From the IMG/VR virus record IMGVR_UViG_3300043399_000371, positions 100,285 to 164,284 of that record: 64,000 bases of DNA; one strand, given 5' to 3'. A program made the translations under genes and the position numbers. The notes under the pieces are model-generated. The model saw nothing but the letters and a program-made list of their open reading frames with translations. It ran no database searches and was not told the DNA's origin. Of this stretch, positions 19,496-27,164 are shown piece after piece (positions within the stretch are counted from its first letter, which is position 1; every line of letters begins with the position of its first letter). This DNA comes from a virus (lineage: Duplodnaviria > Heunggongvirae > Uroviricota > Caudoviricetes).

Positions 19496-19959
19496 CTTTT
19501 TAGTGTTTTATATCTATCTGCTGCGTAAGATGCTGCAAATGCTCTAGGTTTAACCATTGGAATTACATTGCAAGTTCCTTTGATATAACCAATAGCTTCA
19601 TTTACAACACAAGATGACCCATGAACTTCATTTGGATTGATGTCTAGGTGGACTTCAACGTCACGGTCTTCCAATACATCAGCAAGTTTTAGATACATTT
19701 CCGAAACTTTATAAGCTTCGTTCATTAATCGGTATCGTGGTTTGTCTTGTTTTTGGTCATAATCCCTTTCGCGGATAATTTCACCAAAAACTTTACAACC
19801 ATTTTTACCATTCATATGAACAACGATAGCAATAATGTAATCTGCATACCATTGACCATTTGATTTAAAACGTTCGGAATCACACCCAAGATAAATTTTA
19901 GTCTCAGGTGACTGAGAATCGATGAACATTTTTACTTCTTCTAAATTTATCTTAGACAT
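19489..19959 (-). CDS. YkuK/DUF458-like RNase H-fold protein
   Basis: Blocks IYLGCDSER, YIIAIVVH, HLDINPNEVHGS and IPMVKPRAFAASYAAD recall B. subtilis YkuK. This is from memory. Confidence 0.45.
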   Translation of the reverse strand: MSKINLEEVKMFIDSQSPETKIYLGCDSERFKSNGQWYADYIIAIVVHMNGKNGCKVFGEIIRERDYDQKQDKPRYRLMNEAYKVSEMYLKLADVLEDRDVEVHLDINPNEVHGSSCVVNEAIGYIKGTCNVIPMVKPRAFAASYAADRYKTLKSA

Positions 19960-19980
19960 GATAACCCCTTTTTTATTGTG

Positions 19981-20053
19981 CTACGGTGGAGGGATTCGAA
20001 CCCCCAACAACTGATTTTGGAGATCAGGACTCTTCCAGTTGAGCTACACCGTA
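19981..20053 (-). tRNA. tRNA-Trp(CCA), CCA not encoded
   Basis: Acceptor TACGGTG/CACCGTA, anticodon stem CTGAT/ATCAG, loop CTCCAAA, T-arm GGGGGTTCGAATCCCTC. Confidence 0.75.
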
Positions 20054-20063
20054 ATTGAAAAAA

Positions 20064-20139
20064 TGGAACCTCTTGAGAGAATCGAACTCACATTCCCAGA
20101 TTCGTATTCTGGAGTCCTAGTCCGTTGAACGAAAGAGGT
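20064..20139 (-). tRNA. tRNA-Arg(ACG)
   Basis: Acceptor ACCTCTT/AAGAGGT, anticodon stem CCAGA/TCTGG, loop ATACGAA, T-loop TTCGATT (T-T mismatch at 50:64). Confidence 0.65.
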
Positions 20140-20334
20140 TTAGTTGATAAGATATTTGTATAATTGAACTAACTTTTCACCATAAGCACCTATAATAGTT
20201 AAAAGACTAAAAATAGTTACTAGACTCAAAGCAATCCACTTATTCGAATCGTTTGATGTAGATAAGGCTATGGCAAATATTTCATTGCCCAATATTCGTA
20301 TCTTTATTTCGTATGTTTTCTGTTGGTTTTCCAC
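20140..20334 (-). CDS. possible small membrane protein
   Basis: 64-aa hydrophobic ORF. Overlaps the next ORF by 53 nt. Confidence 0.25.
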   Translation of the reverse strand: MENQQKTYEIKIRILGNEIFAIALSTSNDSNKWIALSLVTIFSLLTIIGAYGEKLVQLYKYLIN

Positions 20335-20569
20335 TATAAATATTCACTTTAAATATTTTTGGAAAATTCTTTCTATGTATATTACAAATACGAATTATAC
20401 ACAAGTAATCATGTACTGGAAATCCTTGTCTCTTCCCGTCTCTCGTATCATATAATAGATTTAAAAAATACTGATGCATATCATAACTACCCCACAACAA
20501 CATAATTTTTTTTGCTATATGTGGATATTTTATTGATATCACATCAAATTCTTTTGTTTGTATAAACAT
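20282..20569 (-). CDS. hypothetical protein
   Basis: 95-aa ORF. Confidence 0.4.
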   Translation of the reverse strand: MFIQTKEFDVISIKYPHIAKKIMLLWGSYDMHQYFLNLLYDTRDGKRQGFPVHDYLCIIRICNIHRKNFPKIFKVNIYSGKPTENIRNKDTNIGQ

Positions 20570-20581
20570 TTTTTTATAGAT

Positions 20582-20938
20582 TTATCTCTGACCACCAAAA
20601 TAAGGTTTTGCCAGATTTTCTGTTATGAGCAAATCGTTTACAGACACCGATTCATCCAGATTTAGATACAATTTTGCTAAGTATCTTCCATATTTATCTG
20701 TTTTAAATGTTTGTATGTATATCTTCTTATCAAGAACTAAATCTATTAATCTTTGTTTAGCTTTTTTGGCTAGTTCTCTTTCTTCTGCAACAGATGATGT
20801 TAATTCTTCAGTATCAATCCCATAAAGTCTTAACCTCTGATGGGAATATACAGAAAAACCAAGATCAACAGAAACATCAATAGTGTCTCCATCCACCACA
20901 TTTAATACTTTTGCTTCAAACAAATAATACATTTTCAT
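20582..20938 (-). CDS. staphylococcal-nuclease (SNase)-like thermonuclease
   Basis: VDGDTI, RLRLYGIDTEE, DKYGRYLA and the C-terminal ENLAKPYFGG block match the SNase signature. Confidence 0.7.
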   Translation of the reverse strand: MKMYYLFEAKVLNVVDGDTIDVSVDLGFSVYSHQRLRLYGIDTEELTSSVAEERELAKKAKQRLIDLVLDKKIYIQTFKTDKYGRYLAKLYLNLDESVSVNDLLITENLAKPYFGGQR

Positions 20939-20958
20939 CTCCGAAATCTGATTATTTG

Positions 20959-21612
20959 TTATTTATGTTTCACTCTTCCTCTTCTCCATCCTTCTGGTAT
21001 AGGATCTGTTTTCAATATCTTTTTATTTTTTTCACCATCAGTAATCCACATAGTTCCATATTGAGAATTTTTTGTTGGATCGGAAAGTCTTTTTTTAGCT
21101 TTTTCAGACATATTTCTTTTAGTTTCTTCACTATGAGTCTTACCAACAAAAGCACCATTAGGATATTTTTTCTTAAATTGTTCAAAACCTTTTTTAGCAT
21201 TGTTTCTTATGTGTTCTCTAAACAGAGAATCAGATTTATATTTTTCTTTCCATTTTTTTATTCTATCTTCATGGCTAATCAAAGAATTTAATCTTTTTTC
21301 TGTCAAATACTTTTCAGGATTTGTGTTTATCCAATCCCAACCACCAAATCCACCTATTTTAAGATTATATGTATTTTCAGTAGCAAGAAATTCTTCATTA
21401 ACAATTTCAGCTTCTTTTTGGTACATAAGTTCTGGTGTATCAAAAACAAACAATATTTCTTTGGTAAAATTTTCTATACCATATTTTTCTATTGCTTTTT
21501 TAAGATACTTACCGGAACCCACATATTTGTCATCCAGATCTTTGGTCTTATGGCTTCCAATATAGAACTTGCCATCAATCTGATTTGTTATCTTATAAAT
21601 TGTGTAGTACAT
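20959..21612 (-). CDS. GIY-YIG homing endonuclease (Seg-like) with C-terminal NUMOD-like DNA-binding region
   Basis: N-terminal YTIYKITNQIDGKFYIGS is a GIY-YIG motif. The basic C-terminus carries WITDG. Confidence 0.75.
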   Translation of the reverse strand: MYYTIYKITNQIDGKFYIGSHKTKDLDDKYVGSGKYLKKAIEKYGIENFTKEILFVFDTPELMYQKEAEIVNEEFLATENTYNLKIGGFGGWDWINTNPEKYLTEKRLNSLISHEDRIKKWKEKYKSDSLFREHIRNNAKKGFEQFKKKYPNGAFVGKTHSEETKRNMSEKAKKRLSDPTKNSQYGTMWITDGEKNKKILKTDPIPEGWRRGRVKHK

Positions 21613-21667
21613 AGTAAACTCCTATGTACATATTTATAAGTTTCGAGTCTTGACATCAACTCAAGGG

Positions 21668-21742
21668 TCCGTGTGGCAAGATTCGAACTTGCGGTTTCTA
21701 CGCCCCAAACGTAGCGACTTGACCGGACTAGCCTACACACGG
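21668..21742 (-). tRNA. tRNA-Pro(TGG), CCA not encoded
   Basis: Acceptor CCGTGTG/CACACGG, D-arm GGCT/AGTC, anticodon stem CTACG/CGTAG, loop TTTGGGG, T-arm GCAAGTTCGAATCTTGC. Confidence 0.75.
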
Positions 21743-22402
21743 TTATTCTTGTTCATAAAATTTGTTTAGTACATTCTGATCAGTACCATAACACCATGAA
21801 GGACGTTTTTCAATTTCTTGCCAATCAACATAAAATGGTTGTTTATTTTTTTGTATTACATTTATATTGCTTTTTTCACCATCACTAGCTGAAACATTAA
21901 ATGATATATTTTCTATCTCACCACGAAATTCTGATGTAATCAAATATGTCAATGCTGGCAAATCATTTTTATATCTTGATGTTTGTGTGTGTTTCTTGTT
22001 TCTTGGATCGAATTCCCTAGAATCATGAAATAACATAAAACCACCATTTTTCAATTTACTCCAAATGATTCTAGCAATTTTATGTCTTGCTGGAACTAAA
22101 CCATCTATGAACGCCACATCTATTTCAGAAATCTGTTTCACGATTCCCTTTAAGTCAGAAGATATAATAGCATTTTGAAAATTTAACTGTTTAATTCTTT
22201 CGCTTACAGTAGAAACCCATTGTGGATTGTGTTCATAAGCGAATACTTGTTTTGAAGTTTGTGCGAAGATCATAGTGCTTCCACCAGACCCATGCTCAAA
22301 AACAACTTCAGAATTTGATCCATATTTTGCAAGAACATCAGCATCTTGTAAACTGAGATCACCAACCCATCTAATATTTTGAAGATATTTAAATCTACTC
22401 AT
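21743..22402 (-). CDS. putative class-I SAM-dependent methyltransferase (start moved to internal Met because the listed start lies inside tRNA-Leu)
   Basis: VFEHGSGGST is a glycine-rich motif I. RBS agga lies 8 nt upstream of the M26 ATG. The track ORF 21743..22477 would overlap the tRNA. Confidence 0.4.
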   Translation of the reverse strand: MSRFKYLQNIRWVGDLSLQDADVLAKYGSNSEVVFEHGSGGSTMIFAQTSKQVFAYEHNPQWVSTVSERIKQLNFQNAIISSDLKGIVKQISEIDVAFIDGLVPARHKIARIIWSKLKNGGFMLFHDSREFDPRNKKHTQTSRYKNDLPALTYLITSEFRGEIENISFNVSASDGEKSNINVIQKNKQPFYVDWQEIEKRPSWCYGTDQNVLNKFYEQE

Positions 22403-22419
22403 TATTTTCCTATATCTTG

Positions 22420-22501
22420 TACGGATGGTGAGATTCGAACTCACACGCCTTTCGACACGGACTTCTAAGGACCGCACGGCTACCAGTTACGTCATATCCG
22501 C
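22420..22501 (-). tRNA. tRNA-Leu(TAG), type II, CCA not encoded
   Basis: T-arm GTGAGTTCGAATCTCAC, acceptor GCGGATA/CATCCGT (one mismatch), 3-bp D-stem, anticodon loop CTTAGAA, long variable arm. Confidence 0.55.
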
Positions 22502-22938
22502 TTTTTATTATTTTTCCCCGAATTTGTACTTGTTTGTGCGTGACAATTCGGACAAATAATTCGTAAATTTTTCATATCATTATTATAATGATTACCATCT
22601 ATATGATCAAGTTCAATCGGAACTTTTTGACTCATCCATTCTGATATATTACACACTTCACATCTATGTTCTTTTATACCTTCTCTAATCAATTTTAATT
22701 TTAATTTGTGAGCAGACACATAGTTGTTTTTAATATATTCAGAAGCACTTATATAAGTTTTATCGTTTTTAGATCCTCTAGAACCCTGATTACCGACATA
22801 TGTTATGCCCATAATTTGAAGATAACGTTCTAGAGTTTCTGGTTTACATTTTAAAATTTTGCAAATGTAAGCTTTAGGGCGATTTTCCGTTATCCAAATA
22901 AGAATATCTTGTTTTTTATCTAAAATATCATTTCGCAT
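22492..22938 (-). CDS. HNH homing endonuclease
   Basis: C-terminal ELDHIDGNHYNNDMKNLRIICPNCHAQ. Confidence 0.75.
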   Translation of the reverse strand: MRNDILDKKQDILIWITENRPKAYICKILKCKPETLERYLQIMGITYVGNQGSRGSKNDKTYISASEYIKNNYVSAHKLKLKLIREGIKEHRCEVCNISEWMSQKVPIELDHIDGNHYNNDMKNLRIICPNCHAQTSTNSGKNNKKRI

Positions 22939-23017
22939 ACAATTCCTTTTTATAGTATACTCAATGTATTTATAACTATTGCCTCTTCCAATTGGGCTAC
23001 ATCCGCATTTAATTCTT

Positions 23018-23133
23018 TGGCGCTGCTGCTAGGATTCGAACCTAGATCTCTTCCTTGACATGGAATTTTAGTATGCTGTACGTATCCATTACTGGATCAC
23101 TTTTTAAGTATCCTACCATTAGACGACAGCAGC
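23018..23133 (-). pseudogene. interrupted tRNA-Asp(GTC)-like element: 5' and 3' halves separated by ~41-nt insert carrying a GNRA hairpin
   Basis: 3' half: anticodon stem ATTCC/GGAAG with loop ATGTCAA, T-arm CTAGGTTCGAATCCTAG, then CAGCAGC-G-CCA. The pairing 5' half GCTGCTG-TC-GTCT-AATGGTA lies ~115 nt away. The insert contains ATCCA-GTAA-TGGAT. Confidence 0.4.
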
Positions 23134-23135
23134 TT

Positions 23136-23215
23136 TGGTGCGAATGGCCGGGATCGAACCGGCACGACCTTTCGGTCGGCAGATTTTCGTACCACTATAG
23201 CTTTCGCTACCCATA
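23136..23215 (-). pseudogene. tRNA-like element (perfect T-arm, Ser-like variable arm CGACCGAAAGGTCG) lacking a resolvable D-arm and anticodon arm
   Basis: T-arm GCCGGTTCGATCCCGGC then CATTCGC-A-CCA. The only 5' partner is GCGAAAG, which makes it 67 nt, too short for a tRNA. Confidence 0.35.
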
Positions 23216-23316
23216 TTTAGTAAACATAGTTTGTGGTCTGGACTTTATCTTTACCATACTATTATAAATAGTTTAGGTAGTGCCTGTCAAGTCTCTACAC
23301 CTCCAAAGGGAATCAT

Positions 23317-23781
23317 ATGAAATTACGCAAATATACGAAAGAGCAATTAGAACAAGCGGTTTTAACATCAGTATCTCTTAGACAAGTCTTGGAAAAACTA
23401 AACGTTAAAATGGCAGGAGGTAATTATTCCACTCTTAAAAAAGCAATCAAGTATTACAATCTAAATACAGATCATTTTACAGGAATGAATCTTAAAGGTA
23501 GATCATTACCACCAAGACGAAGACCAATCAAAGATTATCTAACAAAAGAGTCTGGTGTACAATCAAATAAACTCAGAAAATATTTACTTGATGAAAATGT
23601 ATTCCAACATCAATGTTCATCTTGTAATCTAACTTCATGGTTAGATTCAAAAATTCCACTTGAACTCGATCATATAGATGGTGATAACATGAATAACGAA
23701 TTATCCAATCTTCGACTTCTTTGTCCGAACTGTCATGTTCTAACACCAACGTATAGAGGCAAAAACATACGAAAAACCTAA
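23317..23781 (+). CDS. HNH homing endonuclease
   Basis: ELDHIDGDNMNNELSNLRLLCPNCHVLTPT. This is the only plus-strand gene within the minus-strand tRNA cluster. Confidence 0.75.
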   Translation: MKLRKYTKEQLEQAVLTSVSLRQVLEKLNVKMAGGNYSTLKKAIKYYNLNTDHFTGMNLKGRSLPPRRRPIKDYLTKESGVQSNKLRKYLLDENVFQHQCSSCNLTSWLDSKIPLELDHIDGDNMNNELSNLRLLCPNCHVLTPTYRGKNIRKT

Positions 23782-23782
23782 G

Positions 23783-24029
23783 TTTGGCTCGGGGTTGGCA
23801 TTTTAAAGCTTTCTCCGAATTTAAGCACATTCACACTAGAAGTTTCCTATCTAGGTGCTCAATTTACTTAAGTCTGCTGCGGCTACCAATTACGCCACAC
23901 TCGCAAAAATCAACAGGATACTTTTTAGATGTCTGCTCTACCAATGAGCTATTCTTCCAAGCGGAAAAAGTTGGGGTCGAACCAACTACCTAACATTTAT
24001 GTTAGAATTGCTGCGTGTATCCTAAAACT
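23783..24029 (-). other. cluster of degenerate tRNA-like pieces (D-arm AGCTCATTGGTAGAGC; T-arm GTTGGTTCGACCCCAAC; 6-nt-loop anticodon-like hairpin)
   Basis: Canonical arm motifs are present, but no complete cloverleaf with a paired acceptor could be built by hand. Confidence 0.35.
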
Positions 24030-24104
24030 TGGTGCCTCTTGCCGGTTATGCTCCAACGACTACGGGTTACAAATCCGTTGTTTTTCTAATTAAACTAAAG
24101 AGGC
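24030..24104 (-). tRNA. tRNA-Thr(TGT) with non-canonical T-loop (AGCATAA)
   Basis: Acceptor GCCTCTT/AAGAGGC, D-arm GTTT/AAAC, anticodon loop TTTGTAA. CCA is encoded. Confidence 0.5.
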
Positions 24105-24458
24105 TATAAAATCTTTATTTATATTTTCTATGGGTACAACTATAAGTTTTATGTTATTTTGATTAATAACACTATCTATCTTTTCTTTATCCTTTATTAT
24201 AAGGTATTCATTTTTTGTATCGAAAAAAACATTACCAACTTTAAAATCTGGATAATATCTATGATGAATACCGTTTTTGTCTTTCCAAATAAATGGTTTT
24301 GGCCTTTCCCATTCTACTTCAAGTTCCTCAAGAATAGTTGCAAACATTATTTCATATGAACTATGTAGGTAAACATCACTACCATCTTTTTTACGGAACC
24401 AAATTTTATTTTTAGAAGTATGACCACCTAAGTTATTTTTGATAGCCAAATCTCTCAT
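24090..24458 (-). CDS. PD-(D/E)XK nuclease-fold protein (YYPDF...DTK), possible homing-type nuclease
   Basis: Shares the Y(Y/F)PDF motif with ORF 1..393. Its last 5 codons overlap the tRNA-Thr 5' end. Confidence 0.45.
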   Translation of the reverse strand: MRDLAIKNNLGGHTSKNKIWFRKKDGSDVYLHSSYEIMFATILEELEVEWERPKPFIWKDKNGIHHRYYPDFKVGNVFFDTKNEYLIIKDKEKIDSVINQNNIKLIVVPIENINKDFIASLV

Positions 24459-24923
24459 TTTTTCTTTGAATTCTGGTGGGTGTCCAGTTAAAGCCCTTCC
24501 CCATTTTCTTCCTATAAACTGAGGTCTTGCAATATTAGGATTATCTTCTTATGTCAATCCTTTATTCCAAGGAGATTTCCCTTTTCTTCCATTTTGGATT
24601 TTTCTGTTTGGATTATCTTTACATCTTTGTTCGTGTTGCAATAAAGATGAATTTTTTCCATACTCTTTTAAACAGTATTTACATTTTAACATATATTATA
24701 TTTTATAATAATTCTTTTACGACTGACTCCTTGTTTTGTTCCGCCTCTCTTATTCGGAACCATTTCACCCTTGAATACTAGGCCGGCAGGGTCAGAGGTA
24801 AGTAGTTATAGTTGATACGTGCTAGTTGCTGTGTTGTCGGACTCGCACCGTTAGCTTTCTAATTGTATGCCTACAACTGATTTCTCAACATCTACAACAA
24901 AGTGTCATGCGTAAAAGAACTAT

Positions 24924-24999
24924 TGGTGCCTGTAGTTGGGATCAAACCAACGACCTATCGGTTATCGACCGATTGCTCTATCAACTGAGCTATACAGGC
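24924..24999 (-). tRNA. tRNA-Ile(GAT)
   Basis: Acceptor GCCTGTA/TACAGGC, D-arm GCTC/GAGC, anticodon stem ATCGG/CCGAT, loop TCGATAA, T-loop TTTGATC. Confidence 0.65.
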
Positions 25000-25102
25000 A
25001 AACTTGGTCACAGATCAGTCTATGCCATCGGTTACTGCGGTAGCCGATTATTTTCAAGACAGGCAGAGGTGTGTTATTTAAGGCGCACAACATTTCCTAA
25101 AT

Positions 25103-25184
25103 TGGTGGGTTGGGTAGGAATCGAACCTACTTGCCGAAGCCACGGGGTTACAGCCCGCTGCCCTACCATTAGAGCATCCAACCC
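25103..25184 (-). tRNA. tRNA-Tyr(GTA) with variable-arm mini-hairpin
   Basis: Acceptor GGGTTGG/CCAACCC, anticodon stem GCGGG/CCCGT, loop CTGTAAC, variable arm GGCTTCGGCAA, T-arm GTAGGTTCGATTCCTAC. Confidence 0.7.
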
Positions 25185-25227
25185 ATGTTTCTACTATATC
25201 ACAACTTTACTACTGATGCAACATTTT

Positions 25228-25305
25228 TGGTAGTGATGGTTGGAATCGAACCAACACCATTCTTCCTTATGAGGGAAGCGCACAGACCATTTATGCTACA
25301 TCACC
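25228..25305 (-). tRNA. tRNA with CAT anticodon (Met or Ile2), copy 1
   Basis: Acceptor GGTGATG/CATCACT, anticodon stem CTTCC/GGAAG, loop CTCATAA, T-arm GTTGGTTCGATTCCAAC. Confidence 0.65.
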
Positions 25306-25310
25306 ATATT

Positions 25311-25389
25311 TGGCTCCGCATTAGGGAATCGAACCCTACTAGCCATTGATTAACAGTCAAGCCCATGCACCTTGCTCGGGTTCTGCGGA
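25311..25389 (-). tRNA. tRNA-Asn(GTT)
   Basis: T-arm TAGGGTTCGATTCCCTA, acceptor TCCGCAG/ATGCGGA (mismatch at 7:66), anticodon loop CTGTTAA in stem TTGA/TCAA. Confidence 0.55.
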
Positions 25390-25458
25390 ATCGATACTAC
25401 AGGTTAGCTTTATAACATTCCAATATGTTTTTTTATATTGCTGGACCTAACCTAAAAC

Positions 25459-25536
25459 TGGTTGCGGAGGATGGATTCGAACCACCGACCTTCAGCTTAT
25501 GAGGCTGACGAGATGACCAGACTTCTCTACTCCGCA
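25459..25536 (-). tRNA. tRNA with CAT anticodon (Met or Ile2), copy 2
   Basis: Acceptor TGCGGAG/CTCCGCA, D-arm GAGA/TCTC, anticodon stem TCAGC/GCTGA, loop CTCATAA, T-loop TTCGAAT. Confidence 0.65.
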
Positions 25537-25543
25537 ACAAAAC

Positions 25544-25620
25544 TGGTGGAAGATATCGGATTTGAACCGATCTGAATATCCGCATTGCAAGTGCGGCGAA
25601 CACCCCTAGCATTCCCATCC
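25544..25620 (-). tRNA. probable tRNA-Ala(TGC); 5' boundary and D-arm unresolved
   Basis: Anticodon stem CCGCA/TGCGG with loop CTTGCAA, T-arm ATCGGTTCAAATCCGAT, 3' ATCTTCC-A-CCA. No clean 5' acceptor partner was found. Confidence 0.4.
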
Positions 25621-25636
25621 CCCGAATTATTATATA

Positions 25637-25714
25637 TGGCGACTCAGACGGGATTCGAACCCGTGATATCTTGCTCGACAGGCAAGTGCATTAGACCAAC
25701 TATGCTACTGAGCC
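25637..25714 (-). tRNA. tRNA-Asp(GTC)
   Basis: Acceptor GGCTCAG/CTGAGTC, D-arm GCAT/ATGC, anticodon stem CTTGC/GCAAG, loop CTGTCGA, T-arm ACGGGTTCGAATCCCGT. Confidence 0.7.
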
Positions 25715-25809
25715 AAAAATGTTTCGCTGTCACGGCTTTTTGCGAAACTTCTCACGAAAGAATCTCTTGATTCCTTACCGTACCATTCGATGTGTGTGAG
25801 ATATTTTAA

Positions 25810-25893
25810 ACCATATTAAAGTAAACTAATCAGGTACACTATATAGTCTACGACAATCACTCAAGCTTATTGACTAGCATACTTTAATATGGT
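25810..25893. repeat. 12-nt inverted repeat ACCATATTAAAG / CTTTAATATGGT flanking ~60 nt
   Basis: Exact reverse complements at 25810..25821 and 25882..25893. On the minus-strand transcript they would form a 12-bp stem. Confidence 0.7.
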
Positions 25894-26003
25894 GACGGTA
25901 TAAGGAATCTATCTCCGTCTGTGCAGAAGTCATTTCAACCATCCTGCGAGGGTTGTCCACCATATAAAGGGTGAACCCGGTGTCCCCTGCGCCTCTGCAT
26001 CTA

Positions 26004-26103
26004 ACCATATTAAAATACACTAGTAAGAAGATCAATCCAATTGGCTGATGATTGCTTCTTTAGGTTGCCAAACCCGTAACTAACTAATGTACTTTAATAT
26101 GGT
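26004..26103. repeat. inverted repeat ACCATATTAAAA / CTTTAATATGGT; right arm includes the CCA end of tRNA-Lys
   Basis: 11/12 complementarity. The right arm at 26092..26103 overlaps the tRNA-Lys terminal ACCA. Confidence 0.65.
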
Positions 26104-26174
26104 ACGGGCAGAGGGATTCGAACCCACAACTTATCGGTTAAAAGCCGATTACTCTACCATTGAGTTATACCCGC
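26100..26174 (-). tRNA. tRNA-Lys(TTT)
   Basis: Acceptor GCGGGTA/TGCCCGT, D-arm ACTC/GAGT, anticodon stem ATCGG/CCGAT, loop CTTTTAA, T-loop TTCGAAT. Confidence 0.7.
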
Positions 26175-26321
26175 AAAATCTTACCACTCTTGTCACTATC
26201 CATAACAGGACTCCTTTTATTAATGGTTGGCATTACGAACTTTAGCCGTACTTCTAACGTGAGTACCGAAAATGTATCGTAGACACATCGTTTTCTTACG
26301 CCCACAAGGGATTTGAGGAAT

Positions 26322-26398
26322 TGGTGTCTCCAGAGGGACTTGAACCCACAACCAACGGCTTATGAGGCCGCTGCTCTGACCGATTGAGCTATAGAGAC
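26322..26398 (-). tRNA. tRNA with CAT anticodon (Met, fMet or Ile2), copy 3
   Basis: Acceptor GTCTCTA/TGGAGAC, D-arm GCTC/GAGC, anticodon stem GCGGC/GCCGT, loop CTCATAA, T-loop TTCAAGT. Confidence 0.65.
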
Positions 26399-26441
26399 TT
26401 AATCTTCAACAGTACGCATTATACAGGATCAACCAACTTTG

Positions 26442-27083
26442 TCAATAGGTCAAATGTTCATGTTGATTCTTAATTTTCTTCTTAAGCATCGTCTGAATTC
26501 CCGGATTCACTACTAATGCAGATTTCACCATTTCTTTACGAATAAAATTCCGCATGAATGATGTATCTTCATTACTAGGATCGTTAATATACACGATTTT
26601 CTTTCTCGATGCCCAATCAACAATTTCTTCTTTCTCTGTAATCAAGAAAGGTCGAACAACATTTTTATTACGATAAGGAATCAGTTTCGGTGTTCCATGT
26701 AGAGAACTCCAAATCCATGTTTCCAATACGTCACCAAGATGATGTCCAGTAACAACCATATCAAACTGACTAAGAAACTTATATCGTTCCTCTCGCCAAA
26801 ACTCTTCTTTACTTTGTTCTTTAGGTTTTGTCGAAGTCAATTTACCTACAACAAGAGGCAGAGAATTATTTTTACAGTAATGTGTAAGAAACAGTTCTGC
26901 TTCCTGTCCATGTTGTGTGCCGTGATTGAAATAAGCAACTTGTACTTCATGATTCCGTTTAAGGAAGTCTAGAACTACCATGCTATCAATACCACCAGAA
27001 CAAGCAACAGTAACTTTCCGTTGCACACCAAATAGCATTTTCAACATATTCAATATTCCTTTTAGGATACCATATTGAAACAC
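26442..27083 (-). CDS. tilS: tRNA(Ile)-lysidine synthetase TilS (catalytic N-type ATP-pyrophosphatase domain only); true start probably the internal Met at ~27047
   Basis: PP-loop VACSGGIDS, VTGHHLGDVLET (E. coli TilS: TAQHLDDQCET) and NDPSNEDTSFMRNFIR (DESNQDDSYDRNFLR). The listed GTG start lies inside an inverted-repeat stem. Confidence 0.7.
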   Translation of the reverse strand: MFQYGILKGILNMLKMLFGVQRKVTVACSGGIDSMVVLDFLKRNHEVQVAYFNHGTQHGQEAELFLTHYCKNNSLPLVVGKLTSTKPKEQSKEEFWREERYKFLSQFDMVVTGHHLGDVLETWIWSSLHGTPKLIPYRNKNVVRPFLITEKEEIVDWASRKKIVYINDPSNEDTSFMRNFIRKEMVKSALVVNPGIQTMLKKKIKNQHEHLTY

Positions 27084-27164
27084 ACTCTTTGCAAATATCC
27101 CACCGCTCCGGAACGGTTACAACGGGTCCAACGTCAGGGGTTGGCGAATGTATTTCAATATGGT
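27069..27164. repeat. perfect 12-nt inverted repeat ACCATATTGAAA / TTTCAATATGGT; right arm includes the tRNA-Glu ACCA end, left arm abuts the TilS RBS
   Basis: Exact reverse complements at 27069..27080 and 27153..27164. Confidence 0.7.

Noticed and set aside
19338-19547. Plus-strand ORF 19338..19547 in the Ro60 leader
   Set aside because: It lies antisense within the long 5' leader/promoter region of the Ro60-like gene. No RBS. More likely the region is structured RNA.
20140-20334. Treating 20140..20334 as a confident gene
   Set aside because: It starts immediately after a tRNA and overlaps the next ORF by 53 nt with no clear RBS. It is kept only as a low-confidence possibility.
23055-25770. 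Plus-strand ORFs within the tRNA array (23055..23267, 23784..23993, 24826..25233, 25585..25770, 30028..30449)
   Set aside because: They run through tightly packed tRNA genes on the opposite strand. No RBS, and tRNA-derived composition.
25715-26099. Additional canonical tRNA genes in the 385-nt gap between tRNA-Asp and tRNA-Lys
   Set aside because: No T-loop consensus, and no acceptor pairing could be found. A degenerate 3' end (tgg-t-gacggta...) at ~25890 lacks a partner strand. The region is better explained by the inverted-repeat elements and possible small RNAs.
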